Shown in pieces: positions 31,203 through 40,883 of a stretch of 64,000 nucleotides of DNA. Location: assembly GCA_046052125.1 (NCBI GenBank), contig JBJOMY010000001.1, positions 224,001-288,000 on the forward strand, read 5' to 3'. The position numbers and the translations under genes were made by a program. The DNA comes from Cyanobacteriota bacterium. Lineage in GTDB: Bacteria > Cyanobacteriota > Cyanobacteriia > PCC-6307 > Cyanobiaceae. Within the stretch, counting starts at the first letter, position 1, and each line of letters begins with the position of its first letter. The notes beneath the pieces were generated by a model. It saw only the letters and a list, made by a program, of their open reading frames with translations, was not told the DNA's origin and did not search any database.

Positions 31203-33110
31203 GTGGTGCTGCAGGCGGAACAGGGCCAGATCCAGATCCACACCGAGAACATCTTCCCGATCATCAAAAAGGCCGTGTACAGCGGCCATGAGGTGTTCCT
31301 GCGGGAGCTGGTGAGCAATGGGGTGGATGCCATCAGCAAGCGCCGCATGGCCGCCATGGCGGGCGATTGCAGCGAAGGGAGCGAAGGCAAGATCTCGATC
31401 CGCATCGACCGCGAAGCCAAAACCCTCACCATTTCCGACAACGGCATCGGCATGACCGCCGATGAGGTGAAGCGCTACATCAACCAGGTGGCCTTCTCCA
31501 GCGCCGAAGACTTCCTGGAGAAGTACAAACAGGAGAACGACGCGATCATCGGCCACTTCGGCCTGGGCTTCTACTCCAGCTTCATGGTGGCGAAGCAGGT
31601 GGAGCTGGTGACCCGCTCCGCGCGCGAGGGCAGCGAAGCGGTGCGCTGGAGCTGCGATGGCTCCCCCAACTTCAGCCTGGAGGCGGCCGATCGCAGCGAA
31701 GCCGGCACCGATGTGATCCTCCACCTGATGGAGGAAGAAGAGGAGTACATCGAGCCGGCGCGCATCCGCACCCTGATCACCACCTACTGCGACTTCATGC
31801 CGGTGGAGGTGCAGCTCGAAGGTGAAACCGTGAACAAGCGGGAAGCACCCTGGCGCAAGAGCCCCCGCGATCTCACCGACAACGACTACATCGAGCTCTA
31901 CCGCTACCTCTATCCCTTCCAGGGCGATCCGCTGCTCTGGGTGCACCTCAACACCGACTATCCCTACAACCTGCAGGGCATCCTCTACTTCCCCAAATCC
32001 ACGGGCCGCGCCGACTGGGAGAAGGGCGAGATCAAGCTCTACTGCAACCAGGTGTTCGTGAGCGATTCGATCAAGGAGGTGGTGCCCCGCTACCTGCTGC
32101 CCCTGCGCGGCGTGATCGATTCGCCCGATATCCCCCTGAACGTGAGCCGTTCCGCTCTGCAGACCGACCGGCGCGTGCGCTCGATCGGTGGCTTCGTGGC
32201 CAAGAAAGTGGCCGATCGGCTCAAGGAACTGCATCGCGATGAGCCGAAGCGCTACGCCGAGATCTGGGAATCCCTGGCGCCGTTCATCAAGATTGGGGCA
32301 ATGGAGGATGAGAAGTTCGCCGATCAGGTGGCCGAGCTGGTGCTGTTCGGCACCACCGCTGCGGCGGGCGAGGGCGAGAACGCCGACCCGATCCCCGGCG
32401 AGAACAACAAAACCTTCACCACCCTCTCGGGCTATCGCTCCCGCCTGAGCGCTGACAACGACAAGCGGATCCTCTACTGCACCGATGAAGCCGGCCAGGC
32501 CGGTGCCCTCGCCCTCTGGAAGAGCCAGGGCGCTGAGGTGTTGCTGGCTGACACCTTCATCGACACCCAGTTCATCCCCTGGCTGGAATACCGCCACGAG
32601 GAGCTGAAGTTCCAGCGCGTTGACAGTGAACTCGACGACTCCCTGCAGGAGAAAGAGAGCGAACTGAGCGATGCCGACGGCAAAGACAGCTCCGAAAAGG
32701 TGCGCGATCTGTTCAAGAACGCGCTCAACAACGACAAGGTGACCATCCAGGTGCAGGCCCTCAAGGGCGACAACACCCCCGCCGCCCTGATCCTGTTGCC
32801 GGAGCAGATGCGCCGCATCAACGACATGGGTGCCCTGATGGAGCAGCGTCTGCCCGGCCTGCCCGATCACCACGTGCTGCTGGTGAACCGTAAGCACCGC
32901 CTGGTGGAAGGCCTGCTCAAGCTCTCCGCCGGCTCGGTGATCACGGGCGGCAGCGGCAGTTCCCCCAGCCAACAGTTGGCGGACGATCTCAGCCGCCATG
33001 TGTATGAAATGGCCCGCCTGGCAGTGGGTGGTCTGGAGCCGAACCAACTGGCCGGCTTCCAGCAGCGCAGCTGCGATCTGATGGGCAAGCTGATGGAGCG
33101 CGGCCTCTAG
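31203..33110 (+). CDS. htpG: Hsp90 chaperone HtpG
   Basis: FLRELVSNGVDA, DNGIGMT, IGHFGLGFYS, GVIDSPDIPLNVSRS; likely GTG start at 31203. Confidence 0.97.
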   Translation: MVLQAEQGQIQIHTENIFPIIKKAVYSGHEVFLRELVSNGVDAISKRRMAAMAGDCSEGSEGKISIRIDREAKTLTISDNGIGMTADEVKRYINQVAFSSAEDFLEKYKQENDAIIGHFGLGFYSSFMVAKQVELVTRSAREGSEAVRWSCDGSPNFSLEAADRSEAGTDVILHLMEEEEEYIEPARIRTLITTYCDFMPVEVQLEGETVNKREAPWRKSPRDLTDNDYIELYRYLYPFQGDPLLWVHLNTDYPYNLQGILYFPKSTGRADWEKGEIKLYCNQVFVSDSIKEVVPRYLLPLRGVIDSPDIPLNVSRSALQTDRRVRSIGGFVAKKVADRLKELHRDEPKRYAEIWESLAPFIKIGAMEDEKFADQVAELVLFGTTAAAGEGENADPIPGENNKTFTTLSGYRSRLSADNDKRILYCTDEAGQAGALALWKSQGAEVLLADTFIDTQFIPWLEYRHEELKFQRVDSELDDSLQEKESELSDADGKDSSEKVRDLFKNALNNDKVTIQVQALKGDNTPAALILLPEQMRRINDMGALMEQRLPGLPDHHVLLVNRKHRLVEGLLKLSAGSVITGGSGSSPSQQLADDLSRHVYEMARLAVGGLEPNQLAGFQQRSCDLMGKLMERGL

Positions 33111-33126
33111 ACCCGTTTCCGCTTCG

Positions 33127-34395
33127 TTGATCCCCTCACGGGCGCTGCGGCGCTGGGCCCTGCTGCTGGTTGCCCTGATGGGCAGCCTCAGCCTGGGCCT
33201 GTGGGTACTGGCGACTGAGCGTGTAGAGCCGGTGTCGGTGTTGATGCCGGCTCCGTTCGCTGATGCCACGGCGGAGTTGGTGAGCGCCTTCAACCGCAGC
33301 CATCCGCGCATTGCCCTGAGCGTCACCCGGGGGCCGCTGGAAACGGAGGCCGTGTCGGATCTGGCGATCAGCAGCCTGTTGCTGGGGGAGAGCCCCTACG
33401 ACCTACTGCTGATGGATGTGTCGTGGACGCCGAAATACGCCGCCGCCGGTTGGCTTGAACCACTGGATGCATGGCTGGGGCCGGATGCTCTGGCAGACCT
33501 GGCTCCTGGCGCGGATCTGGGCAATGCCTTCGGCGGTCAGCTCTGGCGGTTTCCGCTACTGGCGGACATGGGCCTGCTCTACTGGCGCACCGATCTGATG
33601 GAGGCGCCGCCGCGAACACCGGCGGAGCTGGTGGCGATCAGCCGGCGGTTGCAACGGGACGGCCGGGTGCCCTGGGGCTACGTGTGGCAGGGCAAGCAAT
33701 ACGAGGGCCTGAGCTGCGTGGTTCTGGAGCTGCTGCGCGGCTTCGGCGGCCACTGGCTCGTGAACAACGAACCGGAGCTGGATTCCCCAGAGGCCATTGC
33801 CGCCACGGGCTGGCTGCAGGATCTTGTGCGCCAGGGCATCACCCCTGCGGCGGTGGCCAACATGGGCGAACCGGAGGCGCTGCAGCTGTTTGAAGCCGGC
33901 GATGCCGCCTTCATGCGCAACTGGCCCTACGCCTGGGCGGAGCTCAACAAGCCGGGCTCTCCGCTGCGCGGCAAGGTGGCCTTCACCACAATGGTGAGCC
34001 AAGAGGGCGAGCCCCACGCCGCCACCCAGGGCAGCTGGGGCTTCTCGCTGCTCGCGGGCTCCAAGCACAAGGCAGCCGCGGTGGAGGTGCTGCGCTTTCT
34101 CACCAGCGCAGACGCCCAGAAACAGCTCAACCTGCGCTGGGGCTACACACCCACGCGGCTGAGCGTGTTTGAAGATCCGGAGCTTCTCGCCGCCAACCCG
34201 GCCCTGGCTGATCTGCAACAGGCGCTGGCCGCTGCAGTGCTGCGCCCATTGAGCCCGGTGTATGCCCAACTCAGCGATCTGCTCTACCGCGAGGTGAACA
34301 CGGCCATCACAGGTGATCAGCCCGCCTCAACGGCGATGCGGGAGTTGCAGAACAACAGTGAACGGCTCCTGCGCAGTAGTGGAGGCGAGGGCTAA
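33127..34395 (+). CDS. carbohydrate (CUT1) ABC transporter substrate-binding protein
   Basis: N-terminal signal; LLYWRTDL, WQGKQYEGL, FMRNWPYAW typical of trehalose/maltose-class SBPs. Confidence 0.88.
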   Translation: MIPSRALRRWALLLVALMGSLSLGLWVLATERVEPVSVLMPAPFADATAELVSAFNRSHPRIALSVTRGPLETEAVSDLAISSLLLGESPYDLLLMDVSWTPKYAAAGWLEPLDAWLGPDALADLAPGADLGNAFGGQLWRFPLLADMGLLYWRTDLMEAPPRTPAELVAISRRLQRDGRVPWGYVWQGKQYEGLSCVVLELLRGFGGHWLVNNEPELDSPEAIAATGWLQDLVRQGITPAAVANMGEPEALQLFEAGDAAFMRNWPYAWAELNKPGSPLRGKVAFTTMVSQEGEPHAATQGSWGFSLLAGSKHKAAAVEVLRFLTSADAQKQLNLRWGYTPTRLSVFEDPELLAANPALADLQQALAAAVLRPLSPVYAQLSDLLYREVNTAITGDQPASTAMRELQNNSERLLRSSGGEG

Positions 34396-35270
34396 TGCGC
34401 TGGCGCCTGTGGCTGTTGATGGCGCCGGCCCTGGCGCTGTTGCTGGCGATCTTCGCGGCGCCGTTGCTGCATTACCTCTGGCTCAGCACCCAGGCCCAGA
34501 GCGTGCTCACCGGCCTACATCCGGAGCCGATCGGCGCGCAGCAATGGCTGCGGCTTTGGAACGATGGCCGCTTCTGGCAGGACACCTGGCAGACCCTGCG
34601 CTTCAGCGCCGTCTCAGTGAGCCTGGAAATGCTGTTGGGGGTGGCGGTGGCCCTGCTGCTGGATCAACCGCTGCGGGGGCGCGGCGTGCTGCGCACCATC
34701 AGCCTCTTGCCCTGGGCCCTGCCCACCACGGTGATGGCCCTGGGCTGGCGCTGGATCTTCAACGACCCCTACGGACCGATCAATCACGTACTGGCAGGGC
34801 TTGGGCTACCAGCCATCCCATTTCTCTCCAATCCGGCGATCACCTGGATGGCCACCGTGGGCGCCGACACCTGGAAAACCACCCCGTTTGTGGCCCTGCT
34901 GCTGTTGGCGGGTCTGCAAACGATCCCCGCGGATCTCTACGAAGCAGCAGCCCTGGAAGGAGCCACCCCCTGGCAGACCCTGCGGCGCATCACCCTGCCC
35001 CTGCTCACGCCGTATCTGCTGATCGCGTTGCTGTTCCGCCTGGCCCAGGCGCTGGGGGTGTTCGATCTGATCCAGGTGCTCACCGGTGGCGGTCCGGCCG
35101 GGAGCACCGAAAGCCTGGCGCTCTACGCCTACCTCAACGCCATGCGCTTTCTCGATTTCGGCTACAGCGCCACCCTGCTGCTTGGGTCCTTCGCGATCCT
35201 GTTGCTCCTCTGCGGGATGGTGGCGCTGGTGTGGCGCTGGGGCTCCCGCCTGCAGGGGGAGCTGCGCTGA
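34395..35270 (+). CDS. sugar ABC transporter permease (MalF-like)
   Basis: WKTTPF...LQTIPADLYEAAALEGA EAA loop. Confidence 0.92.
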   Translation: MRWRLWLLMAPALALLLAIFAAPLLHYLWLSTQAQSVLTGLHPEPIGAQQWLRLWNDGRFWQDTWQTLRFSAVSVSLEMLLGVAVALLLDQPLRGRGVLRTISLLPWALPTTVMALGWRWIFNDPYGPINHVLAGLGLPAIPFLSNPAITWMATVGADTWKTTPFVALLLLAGLQTIPADLYEAAALEGATPWQTLRRITLPLLTPYLLIALLFRLAQALGVFDLIQVLTGGGPAGSTESLALYAYLNAMRFLDFGYSATLLLGSFAILLLLCGMVALVWRWGSRLQGELR

Positions 35271-36061
35271 TGGCCCGACTGCTCTTGCTGCTCTGGAGCC
35301 TGGGGCCGATGCTCTGGCAGCTCTATTCCTCCCTGCGGCCCAGCGAGGCCCTGAGTGGCACGGGGGCTGGCGGCTGGACCCTGGAGCACTACCGCCAGCT
35401 GTTGCAGGGCGATCCCCCCTTTCTCACCTATCTGCTCAACAGCGCGGTGGTGGGCATCTGCAGCACCGCTCTCACCCTGGCGCTGGCGGTGCCCTGCGCC
35501 TATGCCCTCACGCGATTGGGGCGCGGGCAAGCCCGAACGCTCACCCTGCTGGTGGCGGCGGCCGCTGCTTTTCCGGCGGTGTTGCTGTTTCTGGCCCTGC
35601 TCGAGCTGGCGCGCGACTGGCATCTGGCCAACCAGCTGCTGGCCTTGAGCCTTCCCTATGCGGGCCTGTGCCTGCCCCTGGCGATCCTGTTGCTGCAGGC
35701 GGCCTTTGCCGACATCCCGATCGAACTGGAGGAGGCGGCATTGATCGAGGGCATGGGCCTCTGGCAACGGCTGCGCTGGGTGTTGCTGCCGCTGATGGCA
35801 CCGGCCATGGCCAGTAGCGCCCTGCTGGTGTTCCTGTTCAGCTGGAACGAATATCCGATCGCCCTCACCTGGTTGAGCCGCACCGATCTGCTCACCCTGG
35901 CGCCGGCCATGGCCCGCATCGCCGGTTCATCCGTGTACACGATTCCCTATGGCGCCTTCGCTGCCGCCACGGTGCTCGGCAGCGCCCCGCTGATCCTGTT
36001 GATGCTCCTGTTTCAGAAGCAGATCATCAGTGGGCTCACCCAGGGAGCCATTAAGGGATGA
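35270..36061 (+). CDS. sugar ABC transporter permease (MalG-like)
   Basis: IPIELEEAALIEG, FSWNEY, ISGLTQGAIKG; ATG at 35270 within ORF 34313-36061. Confidence 0.92.
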   Translation: MARLLLLLWSLGPMLWQLYSSLRPSEALSGTGAGGWTLEHYRQLLQGDPPFLTYLLNSAVVGICSTALTLALAVPCAYALTRLGRGQARTLTLLVAAAAAFPAVLLFLALLELARDWHLANQLLALSLPYAGLCLPLAILLLQAAFADIPIELEEAALIEGMGLWQRLRWVLLPLMAPAMASSALLVFLFSWNEYPIALTWLSRTDLLTLAPAMARIAGSSVYTIPYGAFAAATVLGSAPLILLMLLFQKQIISGLTQGAIKG

Positions 36062-37104
36062 ACCACTCCGGGTCTGCGGGTTTCAACGGCTTGGAGCTGC
36101 GAGCGCTCAGCCGCATGGTGGGCATCCACACGCTGGTGGATCAGCTCAGCCTCCAGGTGGGCCCCGGCGAAATCCTGGCGCTGCTCGGCCCCAGCGGCTG
36201 CGGCAAGAGCAGCACCCTGCGGCTGATCGCTGGGCTTGATCCAGCCAGCTCCGGTGAGATCCGCCTGGGAGGGCGCAGCATCACAGGGCTGCCGCCAGCC
36301 GAGCGGCAGGTGGCGATGGTGTTTCAGAGCTATGCCCTGTTTCCCCACCTGAGCGTGGAGCGCAACCTCAGCCTCGGCATGGAGCTGCGGGGCATGGGCA
36401 GGGCCGACATCCAGCGTGAGCTGGAGCAGGTGCTCGCCCTGATGCAGCTGGAGGGGTTGCGTCAGCGCAAACCGGCCGAGCTCTCGGGCGGGCAGCGTCA
36501 ACGTGTGGCCCTGGCACGGGCGCTGATCCGCCGGCCGGCCCTGTTTTTGCTGGATGAGCCAATGAGCAACCTCGATGCCCAGCTGCGCGACAACCTGCGC
36601 GCCGAGTTGCGCACCCTCTTGCGCAGCACGGGCGTTCCCGTGGTGTACGTGACCCACGACCAGCACGAGGCCATGGGGCTGGCCGATCGGATCGCCGTGT
36701 TGCGCGAGGGGCGGCTGCAGCAACTGGGCACAGCAGAAACGCTCTACCGCGATCCCGCCAATCGTTTCGTGGCCCGCTTCCTGGGCAGCCCCTCGATCAA
36801 CCTGATCGAGCGAGGCGAGGAGCAGCTGGGCTTACGGCCGGAACGGCTGGTGCTTGTGGAGGCGGGCAGCCCGGTGCCAGAGGGATGGGAGGCCCTGGAA
36901 GGACAGCTCAGCCACCGCGAGTGGCTGGGGGATCGGGTGATCAGCCATCTCACGTGCCCTGGGCAAGGCACCCTCAAGGTGCTGAGCAACACCCCCACGA
37001 GCGGGGACGTGCTCCAGGTGCGCTGGCGCCAAGCGGATGCGTTGCGCTTTGAAGCCCGCAGCGGCGAGCGGCTGCCAGGCTCAAGCCCCAGCCAACCCTC
37101 CTGA
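36058..37104 (+). CDS. sugar ABC transporter ATP-binding protein (MalK-like)
   Basis: [41 protein letters not shown]. Confidence 0.93.
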   Translation: MNHSGSAGFNGLELRALSRMVGIHTLVDQLSLQVGPGEILALLGPSGCGKSSTLRLIAGLDPASSGEIRLGGRSITGLPPAERQVAMVFQSYALFPHLSVERNLSLGMELRGMGRADIQRELEQVLALMQLEGLRQRKPAELSGGQRQRVALARALIRRPALFLLDEPMSNLDAQLRDNLRAELRTLLRSTGVPVVYVTHDQHEAMGLADRIAVLREGRLQQLGTAETLYRDPANRFVARFLGSPSINLIERGEEQLGLRPERLVLVEAGSPVPEGWEALEGQLSHREWLGDRVISHLTCPGQGTLKVLSNTPTSGDVLQVRWRQADALRFEARSGERLPGSSPSQPS

Positions 37105-37113
37105 TGTAGCCCC

Positions 37114-38115
37114 ATGGCGATGCCAGGACCCACCGCCGCCTTGCTCCCAGCGTTGCTCACCCTTGTGGGGGGAGGCCTGCTTGGGCTGCTGGTGGCGCGG
37201 CTGGTGCAGCGGGTCTTAAGCCGGATCACGCGCCGCACCGCCTCCACCACCGACGATTTCGTGGTGACGGTGCTGGTGGACACGATTCCACCGGTGGCCT
37301 GGGTGCTGAGCGCCAGCCTGGCCTGGCAGATCCTGCCCACGGATGCGGCCAGCGATCGGCTGGTCTACGGCCTGGCCAAGCTGATCCTGGTGGTTCTGAT
37401 CGTGCGGCTGGTGAACCGCATCGGTTTGCGGCTGCTGCAGCGCTGGGCCAACCGCGCCGGCGACCTGCAGGTGGCGAACCTGATTCGCTCACTGGCCCCG
37501 ATGCTGAAGGCCCTGGTGTGGTGCCTGGGGACGGTGTTCTACCTGCAGAACATCGGCGTGCAGATGGCGGCCATCTGGGCCCTGCTCAGCGCCGGTGGCA
37601 TCGGCGCAGGCCTGGCCTTGAAGGAGCCGGTGTCGCAATTTTTTGAATACATCACGATCCTGCTGGATAAACCGTTTCAGCCCGGTCAGCTGATCCATGT
37701 GGGCCAGGTGTGGGGCACCGTGGAAAAGGTGGGTGTGCGCAGCACCCGGCTGCGCAGCATCAACGGCGAAGCGATCGTGATGAGCAACAGCTCGCTCACC
37801 GGGGCTGTGGTGGCCAACTTCGGCGAAATGCAGCGGCGGCGGCTCACGCTGCGGCTGGGCTTGAAGCTCGACACGCCGGTGGAGCAGCTGCAACGGCTGC
37901 CGCAGCTACTCGCTGAGGTGGTGAAAAGCGAGGGCACGGCAGAGTTTGAGCGCTGCCATTTCGTGAGCCTGGAACACAACAGCCTCGATTTCGAGCTCGT
38001 GTATTACGTGCCGAGCAATGAGTTCAAGCAGGCGCTCGATGTGCAACAGCGCATCAATCTCACAATCCTGCGCCGATTCGCTGAGGAGGGCCTGGAACTG
38101 GCAGCCTCCAGCTGA
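37114..38115 (+). CDS. mscS: small-conductance mechanosensitive channel
   Basis: TM helices then GIGAGLALK, DKPFQPG, GTVEKVGVRSTRLR. Confidence 0.9.
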   Translation: MAMPGPTAALLPALLTLVGGGLLGLLVARLVQRVLSRITRRTASTTDDFVVTVLVDTIPPVAWVLSASLAWQILPTDAASDRLVYGLAKLILVVLIVRLVNRIGLRLLQRWANRAGDLQVANLIRSLAPMLKALVWCLGTVFYLQNIGVQMAAIWALLSAGGIGAGLALKEPVSQFFEYITILLDKPFQPGQLIHVGQVWGTVEKVGVRSTRLRSINGEAIVMSNSSLTGAVVANFGEMQRRRLTLRLGLKLDTPVEQLQRLPQLLAEVVKSEGTAEFERCHFVSLEHNSLDFELVYYVPSNEFKQALDVQQRINLTILRRFAEEGLELAASS

Positions 38116-38195
38116 AGAGAGAAACGCCCGGCTGATAAGCTTTTGCCTTGGCTCCAAGCGGAGTCGAGTCGTCAACATCCTTTGAACGGTCGGTC

Positions 38196-38432
38196 ATGTC
38201 CCGGGTCTGCCAACTCACCGGCAAGCGCGCCAACAACGGCATGGCCGTGTCCCACTCCCACGTGCGGACCAAGAAGCTCCAGCAGGTGAACCTCCAGGAG
38301 CGCCGTCTGTGGTGGGCCGAGGGCAACCGCTTCGTGAAGCTGCGCGTGTCCACCCGCGCCCTCAAGACCATCCAGAAGAAGGGCCTGGGCGCTTACGCCA
38401 AGGAACTGGGCATCAACCTGGCCAAGATCTGA
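38196..38432 (+). CDS. rpmB: 50S ribosomal protein L28
   Basis: [34 protein letters not shown]. Confidence 0.98.
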   Translation: MSRVCQLTGKRANNGMAVSHSHVRTKKLQQVNLQERRLWWAEGNRFVKLRVSTRALKTIQKKGLGAYAKELGINLAKI

Positions 38433-38443
38433 ACGCCTTCACG

Positions 38444-39016
38444 ATGCAGCGCCGCCAGCTTCTGAGCGGGCTCTCCATCGCCGCATTGGGCCTGCTGGGG
38501 TTACCCCGGCAGGCCCTTTGCCTTGGTGGGGTTCTGCCCGAAACCGATCAGCCCGCGCCCGCGTTCCAGCTCCAGGGCGTGGTGCCCGGCAGTAGTGGTG
38601 AAGCGGAAGCTGCCGAGCGCAGCCTCAGCGATTTCGCCGGCCGCTGGCTGGTGCTCTACTTCTATCCACGCGATTTCACCGAGGGCTGCACGATCGAGGC
38701 GCGGGGCTTCCAGCGGGATCTGCAGGCCTTCCACCAGGCGGGCGCCGAGGTGGTGGGCATCAGCGCTGACAGCGCCGAATCTCACGCCGAGTTCTGCGGC
38801 AGTGAAGCCCTGGCCTACCCACTGCTCTCCGACCCGGGCGGACGGGTGAGCAAGGCCTATGGCAGCTGGATTTCACCCTTTTCGCAGCGGCACACCTTCT
38901 TGATTGATCCCGAGGGGGTGCTGCGCCAGGTGTGGGTGGCGGTGCGGCCGAGCGGTCACAGCCAGGAGGTGCTCGCCAGCCTCAAGCAGCTGGCGGCAAA
39001 CCATCCGAGCGCCTGA
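38444..39016 (+). CDS. bcp: peroxiredoxin (BCP/PrxQ type) with twin-Arg-like signal
   Basis: LYFYPRDFTEGCTIE, GISAD, LLSD, RHTFLID; MQRRQLL N-terminus. Confidence 0.9.
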   Translation: MQRRQLLSGLSIAALGLLGLPRQALCLGGVLPETDQPAPAFQLQGVVPGSSGEAEAAERSLSDFAGRWLVLYFYPRDFTEGCTIEARGFQRDLQAFHQAGAEVVGISADSAESHAEFCGSEALAYPLLSDPGGRVSKAYGSWISPFSQRHTFLIDPEGVLRQVWVAVRPSGHSQEVLASLKQLAANHPSA

Positions 39017-39572
39017 AGGTCATTAACCAACCGCTACCGGGTCCTTCCACCTCCCAGCGAGGCAACCAGTGACGCCAGCTGTACACCACGTTGTGACCGC
39101 CTGAGCCCACGCGCACGTAGCCGCCATTGATGTTGTCGAGCTCGCCGTAGGGGTCGTTGAAGATGCCGGCGCCGGGCTCGAAACCCACCGCCAGGATCCA
39201 GTGACCGCCACCGCGCGGGGCAGACGAGGGCCCGTGGTGCAGAAAGCCGGTGCCCACGGGATAGCCGGCCTTGAGCTCAGCTTCCAACAGGGACCGATCC
39301 CCGTTGGTGCGATACCTGGCGATCACCCCGTAGTCGGCGCAGGCCTGAATCTGCGCCTGGGCTGAGGTGGTATCGCCGTAGCGGCGCAGGGTGTGCAGGT
39401 AGGTGTCGTCGGCGTTGGAGCCCTTCAGGGCAGCAGGCCGCAGATACTTCACCGCCATGGCGCAGGTACTGGAAAAGCACATGCGGTAGGCCTGGCCGGG
39501 AATGCGGCTGTCGGTTTGGACGTAGTACTGATGCACGGGCAGCAGGAGCCGCTGCCCGGTGGTGGTGGTCAT
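38982..39572 (-). CDS. C39-like (papain-fold) cysteine peptidase
   Basis: Q...RMCFSSTCAM, GGHWILAVG, FNDPYG give a Cys-His-Asp triad. Confidence 0.8.
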   Translation of the reverse strand: MTTTTGQRLLLPVHQYYVQTDSRIPGQAYRMCFSSTCAMAVKYLRPAALKGSNADDTYLHTLRRYGDTTSAQAQIQACADYGVIARYRTNGDRSLLEAELKAGYPVGTGFLHHGPSSAPRGGGHWILAVGFEPGAGIFNDPYGELDNINGGYVRVGSGGHNVVYSWRHWLPRWEVEGPGSGWLMTFRRSDGLPPAA

Positions 39573-39578
39573 TGGCCT

Positions 39579-39812
39579 TCAGGCCGCTTCCCTCCTGGTA
39601 GCACGCTCCATCCGATTGAGGTGTGCCATGCCCACATGCAGGCTGTCGCAGTAGAGGCAGGTGCCTTGAAAGCACACCTGGAACAGCTCGCCTTCCCTGG
39701 AGTGGAGCTGATGGATCGTGCCGCCTTCCGCACCGATCATCACGGGTTCTGAGGCCATGCCACAAGCCTGAACGTCGGCCAGAGCGTGGCGCGTCAGCCG
39801 AGCGCTCACCAT
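39579..39812 (-). CDS. small hypothetical protein (CxxxxCxxC)
   Basis: 77-aa ORF 6 bp upstream of the C39 gene, host-like codon usage. Confidence 0.55.
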   Translation of the reverse strand: MVSARLTRHALADVQACGMASEPVMIGAEGGTIHQLHSREGELFQVCFQGTCLYCDSLHVGMAHLNRMERATRREAA

Positions 39813-39857
39813 CGGTAGAAATACCGCTGAGCAAACGCGGTGATCGCTGGCAACGGC

Positions 39858-40883
39858 TCAGGCCCAGCCGCTCAGCACCACCTTGCCAACGCTGCTGCCG
39901 CTCTCGAGGCGGCGATGGGCTTCGCGCAGGTTGGCCGCATTGATCGCACCCAATGGCTGGGTGAGGGTGGAGCAGATCCTGCCCGCATCCACCAGTGCGG
40001 CCAGCTCCTCCAACAGTGCCCCCTGGCGTGCCATATCAGGCGTTTGGTAGAGCGATCGGGTGAACATCAGCTCCCAGTGCAGCGACAAGCTTTTGCGCTT
40101 GAGGGCCAGCACATCGATCGATTGGGCCGGTGGATCGTCGATCAGGGCCAGGGCGCCCTGGGGTTCGAGCACCTCTACCAGCTGGGCGAAATGATCGCCG
40201 CTGTGGGTGAGCGAGATGGCGGAACGCAGGGGCGGCAGCTCCAGGCGGGCGAGCTGCTGCGCGAAGGGCTCGTGGTGGTTTATCACATGCTCCACCCCAA
40301 CCTGATGCAGCCAGGCCACGCTTTCGGTGCGTGAGGCTGTGGCCACCAAGCTGAGATCGGTGAGCTCCCGCACCAGCTGCACCAGGATCGAGCCCACACC
40401 ACCAGCCGCACCCACCACCAGCAGGGTCTGGGGCTCCTGGGTAGTGCCACGGAGGGGTAGCCGCAAGCGATCAAACAGCAGCTCCCAGGCCGTGATCGCG
40501 GTGAGCGGCAGGGCGGCAGCCTCAGCGGCGCTGAGGCTGGCTGGGGCATGGCCCACCAGGCGGTGATCCACGGCGTGCAACGCGCTGTTGCAACCAGGTC
40601 GCTGCAGCGCTCCGGCATACCAGACGCGATCACCAGGCTGGAAGCCCTGCACCGCTTCGCCGCAGGTGAGCACAGTGCCCACCGCATCCCAACCCAGCAC
40701 TCGCCATTGATCAGCTGCCGGTTGCTCTCGGCGACGCACCTTGGTGTCCACCGGATTCACGCTCACCGCCTCCACCGCCACGAGCAGATCGTTGGGCTCG
40801 TGAGAGGAATCCGGAAGCTCCACGTCAACCAAACAGTCGGCATCGTCGCTGGATCGCGAGCCGCTGTAGCCGATGGCCTTCAT
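39858..40883 (-). CDS. zinc-binding alcohol dehydrogenase / quinone oxidoreductase family (MDR)
   Basis: SVNPVDTK, LGWDAVG, PLTAITAWE, GAAGGVG, HWELMFTR, GKVVL. Confidence 0.93.
   Translation of the reverse strand: MKAIGYSGSRSSDDADCLVDVELPDSSHEPNDLLVAVEAVSVNPVDTKVRRREQPAADQWRVLGWDAVGTVLTCGEAVQGFQPGDRVWYAGALQRPGCNSALHAVDHRLVGHAPASLSAAEAAALPLTAITAWELLFDRLRLPLRGTTQEPQTLLVVGAAGGVGSILVQLVRELTDLSLVATASRTESVAWLHQVGVEHVINHHEPFAQQLARLELPPLRSAISLTHSGDHFAQLVEVLEPQGALALIDDPPAQSIDVLALKRKSLSLHWELMFTRSLYQTPDMARQGALLEELAALVDAGRICSTLTQPLGAINAANLREAHRRLESGSSVGKVVLSGWA

Noticed and set aside
30954..33326. 790-aa minus-strand ORF (also 16514-18103, 4948-6393, 13211-14392 and similar long ORFs)
   Set aside because: Antisense shadows of htpG, ribBA, dapF and the M61 gene, produced by high-GC codon bias; no recognisable motifs.
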